From Candidatus Peregrinibacteria bacterium (GTDB lineage: Bacteria > Patescibacteriota > Gracilibacteria > Peribacterales > Peribacteraceae), in NCBI GenBank assembly GCA_016178535.1, contig JACOTD010000075.1:1-45658 (forward strand): a stretch of DNA of 45,658 nt. The letters are read 5' to 3'. Every line of letters begins with the position of its first letter. Position 1 is the stretch's first letter. Of the stretch, positions 16,686 through 24,890 are shown piece by piece. Both the position numbers and the translations under genes were made by a program. The notes under the pieces were generated by a model. It did not search any database. It had not been told where the DNA came from and worked only from the letters and a program-made list of their open reading frames with translations.

Positions 16686-16760
16686 ATGCAAAAAAATGTA
16701 GAACCTGGGGAGCGGCCTTACTGGCCGCGGTTGAAACAAGATGTACAAAACCAATTCTCA

Positions 16761-16940
16761 TCATTCTTCATCATGCTCGAGAGGGTCTGCAATCACCCGA
16801 AGAGCAAGAACCTGAACGTGGGAGACTGCTTCATGCTAGCTTGCACCGTATGCGAGAACGCCGGGCAAGACCGGCAATTCGGCGATCCAACGGCCGTCAT
16901 CCTCCTGTTCCAATTCGATGACAAGGTTTTTGAATGGCAT
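16761..16940 (-). pseudogene. HicB-like (UPF0150) antitoxin gene with an in-frame TAG
   Basis: MPFKNLVIELEQEDDGRWIAELPVLPGVLAYGAS-TAG(16836-16838)-HEAVSHVQVLALRVIADRLEHDEE-TGA. Both halves together match the UPF0150/HicB N-domain pattern. No hicA seen nearby. Confidence 0.55.
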
Positions 16941-16946
16941 GGATAT

Positions 16947-16952
16947 AGTATA
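16947..16952 (-). promoter_or_regulatory. -10-like TATACT, 6 nt upstream of the HicB-like ATG
   Basis: The minus strand reads CCTATACTATATCCATG. Confidence 0.3.
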
Positions 16953-17055
16953 GGACATTCGACGTGTCTCTGCCACCATTTTATTCAAAGCGTATCTCGT
17001 GCTCGTTAGCGGAGACAGGAGTCATGATCGCGGATGTGAAGGGTATCGTTGAGTA

Positions 17056-17129
17056 GAATTGCGAAGGGCGATTGGCGAGTTGCGAATGATGAGGCAAATT
17101 CGCAACTCGCAAGTTGCAACTCGCAATTC
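17056..17129. repeat. heptad-repeat hairpin (TTGCGAA type)
   Basis: GAATTGCGAAGGGCGATTGGCGAGTTGCGAAT - loop - AATTCGCAACTCGCAAGTTGCAACTCGCAATTC. Lies in a divergent spacer upstream of the GT2 gene. Confidence 0.85.
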
Positions 17130-17147
17130 TCCAGTATTCTACGATCC

Positions 17148-17969
17148 ATGTCCGCCGTCTCCATCCTCATCCCGACCTACGAACCGAATCCAGAGCATCT
17201 TCGGGCGGCTCTCGAGTCGATTGTCGTTCAGACGTTCCGTGATTGGTCGGTACTGATCCACGACGATGCATCCAGAGCAGACGTCCGCGCAATCATCGAA
17301 CCATTCCTCACCGATTCCCGATTCCACTTCTCGAGAAATCCCCAGCGACTGGGAATCGGCGGCAACTGGAATGCATGCTTGAAAGAAGCAAAGGGCGAGT
17401 ACGTTCAATTCCTCTTCCAGGATGACTTGTGGGAACCGCAGTACCTCGAGCGGAGCGTGGATGTCTTGAATCGGGAATCGACCGTCGGATTCGTCGCGGC
17501 AAATCACGTGTACTCGATGGAAGGATCAGGCAACGAGAAATTGTACGATGAAGTCACCGCCGCTCGTCATGAACTGACGCCCGGCCGCCAGGACCGCATT
17601 GCCTTCCTCCGCTCGTGGATGGAACGGGGGCTGCGACCGAACATCATTGGCGAGCCGAGCTTCGTCATGCTGCGCCGATCGCTCATGGAGAAAGTCGGAT
17701 TCTTCAATACCTCAATGCGCCAGGGCCTCGATTTCGAGTACTGGATGCGCTGTCTATTGCAAGCGGACTGGCACTACCTTTCCGAACATCTTGGGACGTT
17801 CCGCGTGCACGCGGGCGGCGCGAGCGAGCGCAATCGCGCGTCCGGTGATGGGATGTTTGACCGCCTGCGCTGCTTCAAATTGCTCCTCAGAACCCTTCCT
17901 CCCAGTGATCTTCGTCGAAGCGCGTGGCGAGGAATGATTCGGTACATTCTGCATGCAATCCGGGGATAA
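17148..17969 (+). CDS. family 2 glycosyltransferase
   Basis: SILIPTYEPNPEHLRAALESIVVQTF, a DxD-like IHDDAS, and QDDLW. Start at MSAVSIL. Confidence 0.85.
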   Translation: MSAVSILIPTYEPNPEHLRAALESIVVQTFRDWSVLIHDDASRADVRAIIEPFLTDSRFHFSRNPQRLGIGGNWNACLKEAKGEYVQFLFQDDLWEPQYLERSVDVLNRESTVGFVAANHVYSMEGSGNEKLYDEVTAARHELTPGRQDRIAFLRSWMERGLRPNIIGEPSFVMLRRSLMEKVGFFNTSMRQGLDFEYWMRCLLQADWHYLSEHLGTFRVHAGGASERNRASGDGMFDRLRCFKLLLRTLPPSDLRRSAWRGMIRYILHAIRG

Positions 17970-18033
17970 AATTATTCTCTGATAGGGAAGAATTTTGACT
18001 TCCGCGCGATCGCTCTCTACCCTCCGTTCTCGT

Positions 18034-18996
18034 ATGAAGCTCAACGATCTCTTCAAGCGCGCCGTGCAGATCGGCATCGGGAGCGACCCTCGCGGCCGCA
18101 AGTCCATCGAGAAATTGCTGCAGAAGCAGAAGGACAAGATGAAGAAACTCGAGGGGAAGGAGCGCGAATTCTTCGATGAAGAGCGCACCTGGAACCCGTA
18201 CAGCGACTCCAGGATCGTCGCGGGGACGGGCGAGGAAGACGTGAAAGCGCTCTTCGTCGGCATCGATGTGGAAACGCAGGAGGTTCTACTCGCCGACCGC
18301 TTGCGGGAACGCGGCTTGAAGATCGACTGCCTCATGATCCATCATCCCGAAGGACGGGCGCTGGCGGACCTGGAGAAGGTGATGCCGCTGCAGGTGGATC
18401 TGCTCGCGCTCCACGGAGTGCCGGTGAACCACAGCGAAGCGCAGATCCGTCCGCGGATGGAGAAAGTGTGGCGCGCGATCCACGCCGATAACCTCTTCCG
18501 GACCGAACGCACTGCGCAGCTCCTGGGATTTTCCGCCTTCTGCTGCCACACGATCACGGACAATCTCGTGTGGGAACTCATGGGGAAGACGATCTGCAAG
18601 AAGCAGTTCGATTGCCTGGATGACATCGTGAACGCCATCCGCGAGATCCCGGAATACACGCACTACGCAAAGAAGGGCAACCCGCCGATCATCGTCCACG
18701 GAACGGGTTCTGGGCGTCCGGGCAAGATCGCAGCGACGGAATTCACGGGCGGCACGAACGGCCCTGAGGAATTCTTGAAGGAACAATCGCTCGCGGGTGT
18801 GGGAACGATCCTCACGATGCACGCAACGGAGAAGACCCTCGAGCAGGCCAAAGAACACCATGTGAACATGATCCAGTGCAGCCACATGGCCTCCGACACG
18901 ATCGGGATGAATCTCCTCCTCGACAAATTATCGAAGGTCGAGAAAAAATTGACGGTTGTGGAAGCATCGGGATTCGTCCGAGTCAAAAGAAACTGA
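18034..18996 (+). CDS. NIF3-like (DUF34) metal-binding protein
   Basis: LMIHHPEG and a C-terminal CSHMASDTIG pattern resembling NIF3/YbgI family. 320 aa from the ATG at 18034 (the track ORF starts at a TTG at 17995). Confidence 0.55.
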   Translation: MKLNDLFKRAVQIGIGSDPRGRKSIEKLLQKQKDKMKKLEGKEREFFDEERTWNPYSDSRIVAGTGEEDVKALFVGIDVETQEVLLADRLRERGLKIDCLMIHHPEGRALADLEKVMPLQVDLLALHGVPVNHSEAQIRPRMEKVWRAIHADNLFRTERTAQLLGFSAFCCHTITDNLVWELMGKTICKKQFDCLDDIVNAIREIPEYTHYAKKGNPPIIVHGTGSGRPGKIAATEFTGGTNGPEEFLKEQSLAGVGTILTMHATEKTLEQAKEHHVNMIQCSHMASDTIGMNLLLDKLSKVEKKLTVVEASGFVRVKRN

Positions 18997-19013
18997 ACGG
19001 TTGCATCATGCAT

Positions 19014-19080
19014 CGTTGCTTGTTCGCTTGTTGTCTTGATGAGTGGAAAAAAACGAGCAACGAGCGAACCAGCGAACAAA
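19014..19080. repeat. octamer-repeat hairpin (GTTGCTT GTTCGCTT GTTGTCTT | AGCAACG AGCGAACC AGCGAACA)
   Basis: Arms are built from tandem ~8-mers that are mutually complementary. Lies in the tandem spacer after the NIF3-like gene. Confidence 0.8.
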
Positions 19081-19120
19081 ACTCAATCGCTCCGTATTCT
19101 TCATACTGTTCCAACACTGC

Positions 19121-19126
19121 TATAAT
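19121..19126 (+). promoter_or_regulatory. -10 consensus TATAAT, 9 nt upstream of the ATG at 19136
   Basis: CTGCTATAATCGTTTTCCAATG. Confidence 0.4.
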
Positions 19127-19135
19127 CGTTTTCCA

Positions 19136-20080
19136 ATGGCCAAAAAACGCCCCCCCACCGGTTTCTCCTTCCTCGCCGATGCCTGGGAATTCTCCCGCAA
19201 GCAACCGGCGCTGAGCGCTGTCGTCCTCTGGTTCTTCATCCTGCCGTGGACAGCGATGGATCTGCTTTCGCGCCTCACGAGCGACAATGACCTCTTCGAC
19301 GGAACAGCACTCCATGCGTTCCTCGCAAAGAATGATCCGCACAACATCGTCGTGACCATTCTCACTCTCGGGCTGATTGTCCTGACGGTCTGGGGCACCG
19401 CGAGCATCCTCTTCGTTGCGCGGCGGATGATCGGAAACCGCGCGGGCCGATCGCGCACCTCCTTCCTCGCCGTGCAGAAGCAGTCGCGCGCGCTCGTCTG
19501 GCCGCTGATCCTCACATCGCTCCTGCGCACGTGCATCACGATCGAGTGGGGGCTGCTCTTCTTGATTCCCGCGCTCTTCGTGCTGCTCCAAAAATCCGGC
19601 TCCGCGCTCATCAGAAACGTCGGGGCTCTGCTGAGTGATGGCGACGCGACGTCGTTGATCGCCCACACGAAGGAAGTAGCGGTCGCAACCCCTCTCCTCT
19701 TCATGCTTTTCCCGCTCCTCATCCCCGCAATCCTCTACAGAATCCGCACGAGCTTTTTCGCGGTCGCCCTCATCGCGGAAGATCTGCGACTGCGTGCCGC
19801 ATTGCGGCAGAGCGCGCGGGTGGTGAAGGGAAAATTCTGGTACGCGGTCCGCTGTCTCCTGATCATGGCCGTCGTCTGGATTCTCCCGGCGAAGATCCTC
19901 TCGATGATCCTCCAATCGCTCATCGAGCGGCATGCGCCTTCCCTCATCCTCATCAGCGACATTCTTGGAAATACCTTCGACGGAGCCTCGACACTGTTGT
20001 TCCTGCTGAGCCTCACCGCCCTCTACGGCGCTTTGCGGGAGCCGAGGGTGGAGACGGTCGCTCCACCAAAGAGCGACTGA
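19136..20080 (+). CDS. hypothetical polytopic membrane protein
   Basis: 314 aa. Several hydrophobic helices (VVLWFFILPW, IVVTILTLGLIVLTVWG, LLFLIPALFVLL and others). Start at MAKKRPP. Confidence 0.6.
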   Translation: MAKKRPPTGFSFLADAWEFSRKQPALSAVVLWFFILPWTAMDLLSRLTSDNDLFDGTALHAFLAKNDPHNIVVTILTLGLIVLTVWGTASILFVARRMIGNRAGRSRTSFLAVQKQSRALVWPLILTSLLRTCITIEWGLLFLIPALFVLLQKSGSALIRNVGALLSDGDATSLIAHTKEVAVATPLLFMLFPLLIPAILYRIRTSFFAVALIAEDLRLRAALRQSARVVKGKFWYAVRCLLIMAVVWILPAKILSMILQSLIERHAPSLILISDILGNTFDGASTLLFLLSLTALYGALREPRVETVAPPKSD

Positions 20081-20153
20081 AGAATGAAGATGTACACTGA
20101 AGAAAACATGCTCAAACTCGCCTACCTCGACCGCGACCGCTCGCTCCTCTTCC

Positions 20154-20501
20154 TCACGCCATCACCTCTTTGACGATCTTCTCGAACACGGTCGGTTCGT
20201 GGATGGCCAGCTCACTGAGAACCTTCCGATTGAGGCCGACCTTCTTGGCCGTGAGCGCTTTGACGAACTGCGAGTACCGAATGCCGTGCGAACGCAAAGC
20301 GGCATTGAGCCGCGTGATCCAGAGAGCGCGGAAGTCGCGCTTCTTCAGGCGGCGATCTCTGTAGGCGTTCACCCCGGCGCGGATGACCGCTTCGTTCGCT
20401 TTCACAAACGTCGAGTGCCGCATGCCGCGGTATCCCTTCGCAAGCTTGCGAATCTTTTTGTGCCTTCGGTGGCGGACGATGCCTCTCTTAACGCGGACCA
20501 T
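20154..20501 (-). CDS. rplT: 50S ribosomal protein L20
   Basis: MVRVKRGIVRHRRHKKIRKLAKGYRG...; 115 aa. Confidence 0.95.
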   Translation of the reverse strand: MVRVKRGIVRHRRHKKIRKLAKGYRGMRHSTFVKANEAVIRAGVNAYRDRRLKKRDFRALWITRLNAALRSHGIRYSQFVKALTAKKVGLNRKVLSELAIHEPTVFEKIVKEVMA

Positions 20502-20564
20502 AATTGCAATTGATAGAAAATAATTATTGCTCTGAGAGCGGCCATACTTGGCCGCGACAATGGA

Positions 20565-20759
20565 TTACAAATTCGGCACCAATGCCGAGAGCCGCCTGAG
20601 ATCGGTGGGATGGGCGATGATCGTGCGGTCGAGGCGCTTCTGGCGCTTGTTCTTCTGCAGGAGGAGGTGATTGCGTCCTCGCCGCTTGAACGCAAGTTTT
20701 CCGCTCCCCGTTTTTCGGAGTCGCTTCTTGGCACCGCTGTGGGATTTCATCTTGGGCAC
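20565..20759 (-). CDS. rpmI: 50S ribosomal protein L35
   Basis: (GTG)PKMKSHSGAKKRLRKTGSGKLAFKRRGRNH. The GTG at 20757-20759 restores the canonical MPKMK N-terminus. Confidence 0.9.
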   Translation of the reverse strand: MPKMKSHSGAKKRLRKTGSGKLAFKRRGRNHLLLQKNKRQKRLDRTIIAHPTDLRRLSALVPNL

Positions 20760-20760
20760 G

Positions 20761-20904
20761 GGCGAGCAAGTATAGGAAGTTTCATGGCCAATGCAAAGCA
20801 AAATTTGCTCCAGAGGAAAGTGGATCAGTGGTTCAGTGTTCAGAGAAATGACCACTACCATGACTCTGAACCGCTGAACTCTGTACACTGTACTCTTGCT
20901 CGCC
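20761..20904 (-). promoter_or_regulatory. structured infC-rpmI spacer (outer 10-bp stem enclosing a heptad-repeat hairpin)
   Basis: GGCGAGCAAG (20761-20770) pairs with CTTGCTCGCC (20895-20904). The inner arms are 20826-20845 and 20864-20883 (TTCAGTG repeats). The outer stem ends 1 nt from the rpmI start codon. Confidence 0.55.
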
Positions 20905-20919
20905 TCCGGACAACAACGA

Positions 20920-21408
20920 TCATCGCTTGGGTCGGAGGATCGTGATGAACTGGTCCCCCTGCCGCTTGATCTCCTGCTCAATCTCGGCTCTATCGAGGAG
21001 CCCATTGATCATGCCCTTGAGTTTGTCGATGGCGTACTCCTTGTTGGAGAGCTCACGGCCGCGCAGCCGCACCGAGAACTTCACGAGGTGGCGTTCGGCG
21101 AGGAATTCCCGCGCGCGCTGCGAGAGACGGTCCAAATCGTGCCGATCGGTGCGGAAGCCGAACCGCAGCATCTTCACCTCCACCTGCTTGCTGTGGCTGC
21201 GCTGCTTCTTCTCCTTCTTCTGCAATTGGTAGAGGAAGTGCCCGAACTCCGCGATCTTCACGACGGGCGGGACGGCCTTGGGGGAGACTTCGATCAAGTC
21301 GAGTTCCGCCGCGCGCGCCCGCTCGAGGGCGACGCTCGTCGGGAGCACTTCGGCTTTGCCCCCATCGGAAACGAGCATCACCTCCGGCACGCGGATCTGC
21401 TCATTCAT
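20920..21408 (-). CDS. infC: translation initiation factor IF-3
   Basis: MNEQIRVPEVMLVSDGG, DLIEVSPKAVPPVVKIAEFGHFLYQ, and a C-domain KMLRFGFRTDRHDL. Conserved infC-rpmI-rplT order. Confidence 0.9.
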   Translation of the reverse strand: MNEQIRVPEVMLVSDGGKAEVLPTSVALERARAAELDLIEVSPKAVPPVVKIAEFGHFLYQLQKKEKKQRSHSKQVEVKMLRFGFRTDRHDLDRLSQRAREFLAERHLVKFSVRLRGRELSNKEYAIDKLKGMINGLLDRAEIEQEIKRQGDQFITILRPKR

Positions 21409-21509
21409 GCGTGGGCGTCGCTCCTGGTGTTTGTGACGATGGTCGAACCGATGACGTTGTCGCAGAGAGGACAGGGGAAGAGATGTGAAAAGTATAGCCT
21501 TTCCGAGGA

Positions 21510-21578
21510 GAATTGCGAAAGGCGAATGGCAAGTTGCGAATGAATGACCAATCCCCAAATCGCAACTCGCCCTTCGCC
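21510..21578. repeat. heptad-repeat hairpin (TTGCGAA type) with CCAATCCCCA in the loop
   Basis: GAATTGCGAAAGGCGAATGGCAAGTTGCGAATG - AATGACCAATCCCC - AAATCGCAACTCGCCCTTCGCC. Confidence 0.85.
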
Positions 21579-21617
21579 TGCCCTGAGTTATATCGAAGGG
21601 CATTTCGCACATCGTGC

Positions 21618-22484
21618 TCATTTCCTCCCGTACGCCCCCCCCAGAAACGAGACCTTCTCCCATCCCTGATCCGCGGTCTTCTCGATCGTCACATCCCGCG
21701 CGCGCAGGAACGGCAGCGGCCAGAGCTTCGCCTGGAGGAGTGCGTCGCCCATTTTCCCGCCAAGGAGCGACTGCACCTCTTCGAGGATCGACTCATGGAC
21801 AATCGTGCGGAGTGTTTGGTCAAAGCTCTCATCGGCGACGGCGTGAGCGAGGCGGTCGACCGCCTGCGCATCGCGCGCGAAGGTGAAGAGATCCATGCGG
21901 AGGAATTGCTCGAGCGAGACGATGCTCGAGGGATGCTGCGCCTCCACCGACGAGATGAGTTCCTGGATCTGCGAGGCTGTGAGAGTATCGGACACGGTGA
22001 GGAGCCCGGAGATCCGCAGCAGCGAAAGCGCGGCCTTCAACCCTTCATCACGCACGATCATCGTGAAGTGCAACGGCAACACGTTGACGGTCTGACCCGA
22101 AATAGTCTCCTCGCGAGGATCCAGAATGGTGATGGGAGAGAGGTCGCGGAGCATCCTCTGAGAACGCAGGTGAGTCTGGAGCACATCGAAGACGGCGAGG
22201 ACGCGGGTGCGATCGATCTTGGAAGGGAGCACGAAAACGTGCAATCGTTCGGCTTGCGATCCGGTATGGAGATCCCCTGCGCTCGCGACGTCGATCTCCT
22301 GCGCGAGGAGCGTGCTTCGATGCTGGAGCGCCGTGACGTCGGCTGCGAGCGGCAGGCCTTGATCGCGCGCATCGCGGATGGCGACCGTCTGCCTCCCGAT
22401 CAATTGCCCCGAGAGAACCAGGAAGAGCGCGCCCGTGAGCGCGAGGAGGGAGTGCAAACGCCGTTGGTGGAAGAGAGAGATCAT
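21618..22484 (-). CDS. hypothetical bitopic membrane protein (PilO-like topology)
   Basis: 288 aa. One N-terminal TM helix (LLALTGALFLVLSG), then a soluble domain. ATGA overlap with the upstream gene. Confidence 0.55.
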   Translation of the reverse strand: MISLFHQRRLHSLLALTGALFLVLSGQLIGRQTVAIRDARDQGLPLAADVTALQHRSTLLAQEIDVASAGDLHTGSQAERLHVFVLPSKIDRTRVLAVFDVLQTHLRSQRMLRDLSPITILDPREETISGQTVNVLPLHFTMIVRDEGLKAALSLLRISGLLTVSDTLTASQIQELISSVEAQHPSSIVSLEQFLRMDLFTFARDAQAVDRLAHAVADESFDQTLRTIVHESILEEVQSLLGGKMGDALLQAKLWPLPFLRARDVTIEKTADQGWEKVSFLGGAYGRK

Positions 22485-23083
22485 CGCAGGTGAAGGGTGA
22501 GCGAAAAGGGAGAATGCGGACCGGTTGCGGGATCATCTTCACGTGTGAAGACGGGATTGGGAATGTCGGCGATCTCCGGGAGTTTCGTCAGCTGATCGAC
22601 GAAGGCCGCGAGCAACGTCATGCAGTGGGGACCGACATGCCGTACGTCGCCCTCGAGAACGAGCAGCTTCTGATCCGCACGGTACGCCGAACGATCGAGG
22701 TGAATGGCATCGGGGACGGAGGTGAGAGATGCCGCCTGCGCGAGGATCTTTCGTTGCAGCAACGAGAGATCCCCTTCCCCCGCCCGCGCCGCCTTGAGGG
22801 CATCGTAGATCGCATCCTGGAGCGGGAGCAGAAGCATCTCGCGCCGTTGAACCTGCGTGTGCACGTGCGCCGTGAGCTGCGAGCGACGTATGCGGAGCTG
22901 ATCGATGGAGGAGAGCGATCCGTCCGCCTCGATGCGCGTGAGACGCGGAAGGAGCGTTGCCGACGCAACAATCAGGAGAGACGTGAGCGATCCCGCAAAG
23001 AGGAAGAGCGGCAGCGAGACTCGCTCAAGAATTCCGCATGTGCGCACCGTGGGTGCCGTGTCTGGAGCAGGAAGCATGTTCAT
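22481..23083 (-). CDS. hypothetical bitopic membrane protein (PilN-like topology)
   Basis: 200 aa. N-terminal TM helix (LPLFLFAGSLTSLLIVASATLL), a coiled segment, and a C-terminal LVLEGDVRHVG...FSLTLHL. Confidence 0.55.
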   Translation of the reverse strand: MNMLPAPDTAPTVRTCGILERVSLPLFLFAGSLTSLLIVASATLLPRLTRIEADGSLSSIDQLRIRRSQLTAHVHTQVQRREMLLLPLQDAIYDALKAARAGEGDLSLLQRKILAQAASLTSVPDAIHLDRSAYRADQKLLVLEGDVRHVGPHCMTLLAAFVDQLTKLPEIADIPNPVFTREDDPATGPHSPFSLTLHLR

Positions 23084-23113
23084 GTGTTTTCCTTATAGTA
23101 TAGCAGAAAGAAG

Positions 23114-23193
23114 GACGATTTACGAGTTACAGAATTACGAATTACGAATGAAAACCCGATACTCCAATCCCCATTCGTAATTCGTAAATCGTC
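23114..23193. repeat. heptad-repeat hairpin (TTACGAA type) with CCAATCCCCA in the loop
   Basis: GACGATTTACGAGTTACAGAATTACGAATTACGAATG - loop with CCAATCCCCA - ATTCGTAATTCGTAAATCGTC. Lies in a divergent spacer upstream of prfB. Confidence 0.85.
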
Positions 23194-23259
23194 ATTGCCC
23201 AAACATGCTTTTCTTCCACCAATCCTCTACACTCCAAGCATTCCATTTCCCCCTTTCCC

Positions 23260-24361
23260 GTGGAAGAGCTCATCAAGAAACTGCTGGAGCTGCTGTCGGC
23301 CGTGAACACGGGCAAGGACTCTCTTTGAGCAGAGGAACGTTCCACGCAGGATCACGGCGATGGAGACGCGCACGCAGGACCCGAATATGTGGCGGGATCA
23401 GAAGCGCGCCAATGAGCTCTTCGCTCTGCTGCGAACGCTGAAGAAGCAATGGGAGCCCGTGCAGGAGCTGAAGAAAAAGATCGAAGAACTCCTGGAACTC
23501 TCGAAGTTCCCGGAGATCCAGACGAATGCGAACGACTTTGAGGAATTCACGCGCGACGTGGAGAGGGCGGAGCAGCAATGGAAGAAACTCGAAGCGCAGC
23601 TGTACCTCGGCGGCGAGTTTGATAGCAACAACTGCTACCTCACGGTCTCGGGCGGGGCGGGCGGGACGGAGGCGCAGGATTGGGCGGCGATGCTCCTCAG
23701 AATGGAGCTGCGCTACTGCGAGCGCAGAGGATGGGAGACGAACCTGCTCGAGAAGACCGACGGTCAGGAGGCCGGCATCAAATCCGCGACGATCCACGTC
23801 CTCGGCGAGATGGCGTACGGACATTTGAAATGCGAGAAGGGCACGCACCGGCTCGTGCGGCTCTCCCCCTTCAACGCCAAGAATCTCCGCCAAACGAGCT
23901 TCGCGTTGGTCGAAGTGCTTCCGGAGATCGCGGAAACCAAGGAGATCGAGATCGACCCGAACGAGCTCCGGGTGGATACGTACAGGAGCGGGGGGGCGGG
24001 CGGTCAGAACGTGAACAAGGTGGAGACCGCCGTGCGCATCACGCATCTCCCCACCGGCATTGTCGTCGCCTGCCAGACCGAACGGAGCCAATTGCAGAAC
24101 CGCGCACAGGCCATGAACATGCTCCGCGCGAAGCTGCTGGAGAAGAAGCGCGGCGAGGAGATGGCGCAGAAGAAGGAATTGAAGGGGGCCTCCCAGAGCG
24201 CGGACTTCGGACAGCAGATCAGAAGCTACGTCCTCCATCCCTATCAGATGGTGAAGGACCTGCGCACGGACGTGGAGACGAGCGACACAACGGGAGTGCT
24301 CGATGGAGATCTCCAGCAGTTCATCGATGCCGAATTGAAGCGGGAGGCGGGAATTGCCTGA
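23260..24361 (+). CDS. prfB: peptide chain release factor 2 (programmed +1 frameshift)
   Basis: Frame 0 runs from GTG 23260 to CTT TGA at 23323-23328, with AAGGA upstream. Skipping T 23326 joins the frame encoding [14 protein letters not shown] (RLSPFN) and GGQ (GGAGGQNVN). Confidence 0.9.
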
Positions 24362-24469
24362 TGCTGATGGGAGCATGTCACCCTGAGTAGCACCGCGGTG
24401 CGTATCGAAGGGCGACATGCGAAGATGCTCTCTTTGCAGAAATCAGAGCACTTCAAGTAGTATTTCCCC

Positions 24470-24628
24470 ATGCCTTTGCAGCACACTCGACGGACGGTGA
24501 TCCTCTTCTGCGCGATCATCGTGATCCTTTTCGCGACGGCAGCCTTCGAGATGCAGGCGCTGCGCGCGAGCACGGCGAGATTGGGGGCGATGCAACAAGC
24601 GGCGATGCCGGCGGCGCAGAAAAAATAA
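24470..24628 (+). CDS. small hypothetical membrane protein (52 aa)
   Basis: ATG...TAA ORF below the track cutoff: MPLQHTRRTVILFCAIIVILFATAAFEMQ... with one TM helix. Weak evidence only. Confidence 0.3.
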   Translation: MPLQHTRRTVILFCAIIVILFATAAFEMQALRASTARLGAMQQAAMPAAQKK

Positions 24629-24635
24629 TGCGCAC

Positions 24636-24665
24636 AAAAAAAGCGCCCCGCCTTCGCGAAGCGCT
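24636..24665 (-). terminator. intrinsic terminator after the histone-fold gene
   Basis: The minus strand reads AGCGCTTCGCGAAGGCGGGGCGCT, then TTTTTTT (a run of 7), 14 nt after the stop at 24679. Confidence 0.6.
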
Positions 24666-24678
24666 CCCGAGCGCAGAT

Positions 24679-24849
24679 TTACAAATCGTATCCGCGGACC
24701 GTGACGCGACCGTTGTCCTTGGCGCGCTTTGCGGCCATCTTCACTGCCTCCTCGAGGTAGGCGGATGCGGCCTCCGGGAAGTCACCGGCGGTCATCATGC
24801 CGTGCTTCTTGAGCAGTTCCTTGAGAGCCGAGGCGACGACGTAACTCAT
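24679..24849 (-). CDS. histone-fold protein (short, alpha3-truncated bacterial histone / DUF1931-like)
   Basis: 56 aa: MSYVVASALKELLKKHGMMTAGDFPEAASAYLEEAVKMAAKRAKDNGRVTVRGYDL. Aligns by eye to archaeal HMf alpha1-L1-alpha2-L2, including the GR-x-T-[VI]...D signature. Confidence 0.6.
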   Translation of the reverse strand: MSYVVASALKELLKKHGMMTAGDFPEAASAYLEEAVKMAAKRAKDNGRVTVRGYDL

Positions 24850-24890
24850 AGAAATGGGGTAAAATGGATAAAACAGAGCGATTCTAGGGA

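Noticed and set aside
16686-17009. 107-aa + strand ORF
   Set aside because: It has no motifs. The opposite strand carries a recognisable HicB-like frame with a -10-like hexamer, which explains the region better.
23273-24418. 381-aa minus-strand ORF opposite prfB. Similar long antisense ORFs: 43153-44301, 27312-28502, 33787-34884, 12147-13520, 8292-9680, 35065-35997, 37358-38440, 25228-26406, 18983-19933, 2254-3285
   Set aside because: Each one mirrors a motif-supported gene on the other strand and has an antisense-type amino-acid composition. High GC suppresses stop codons in the non-coding frames.
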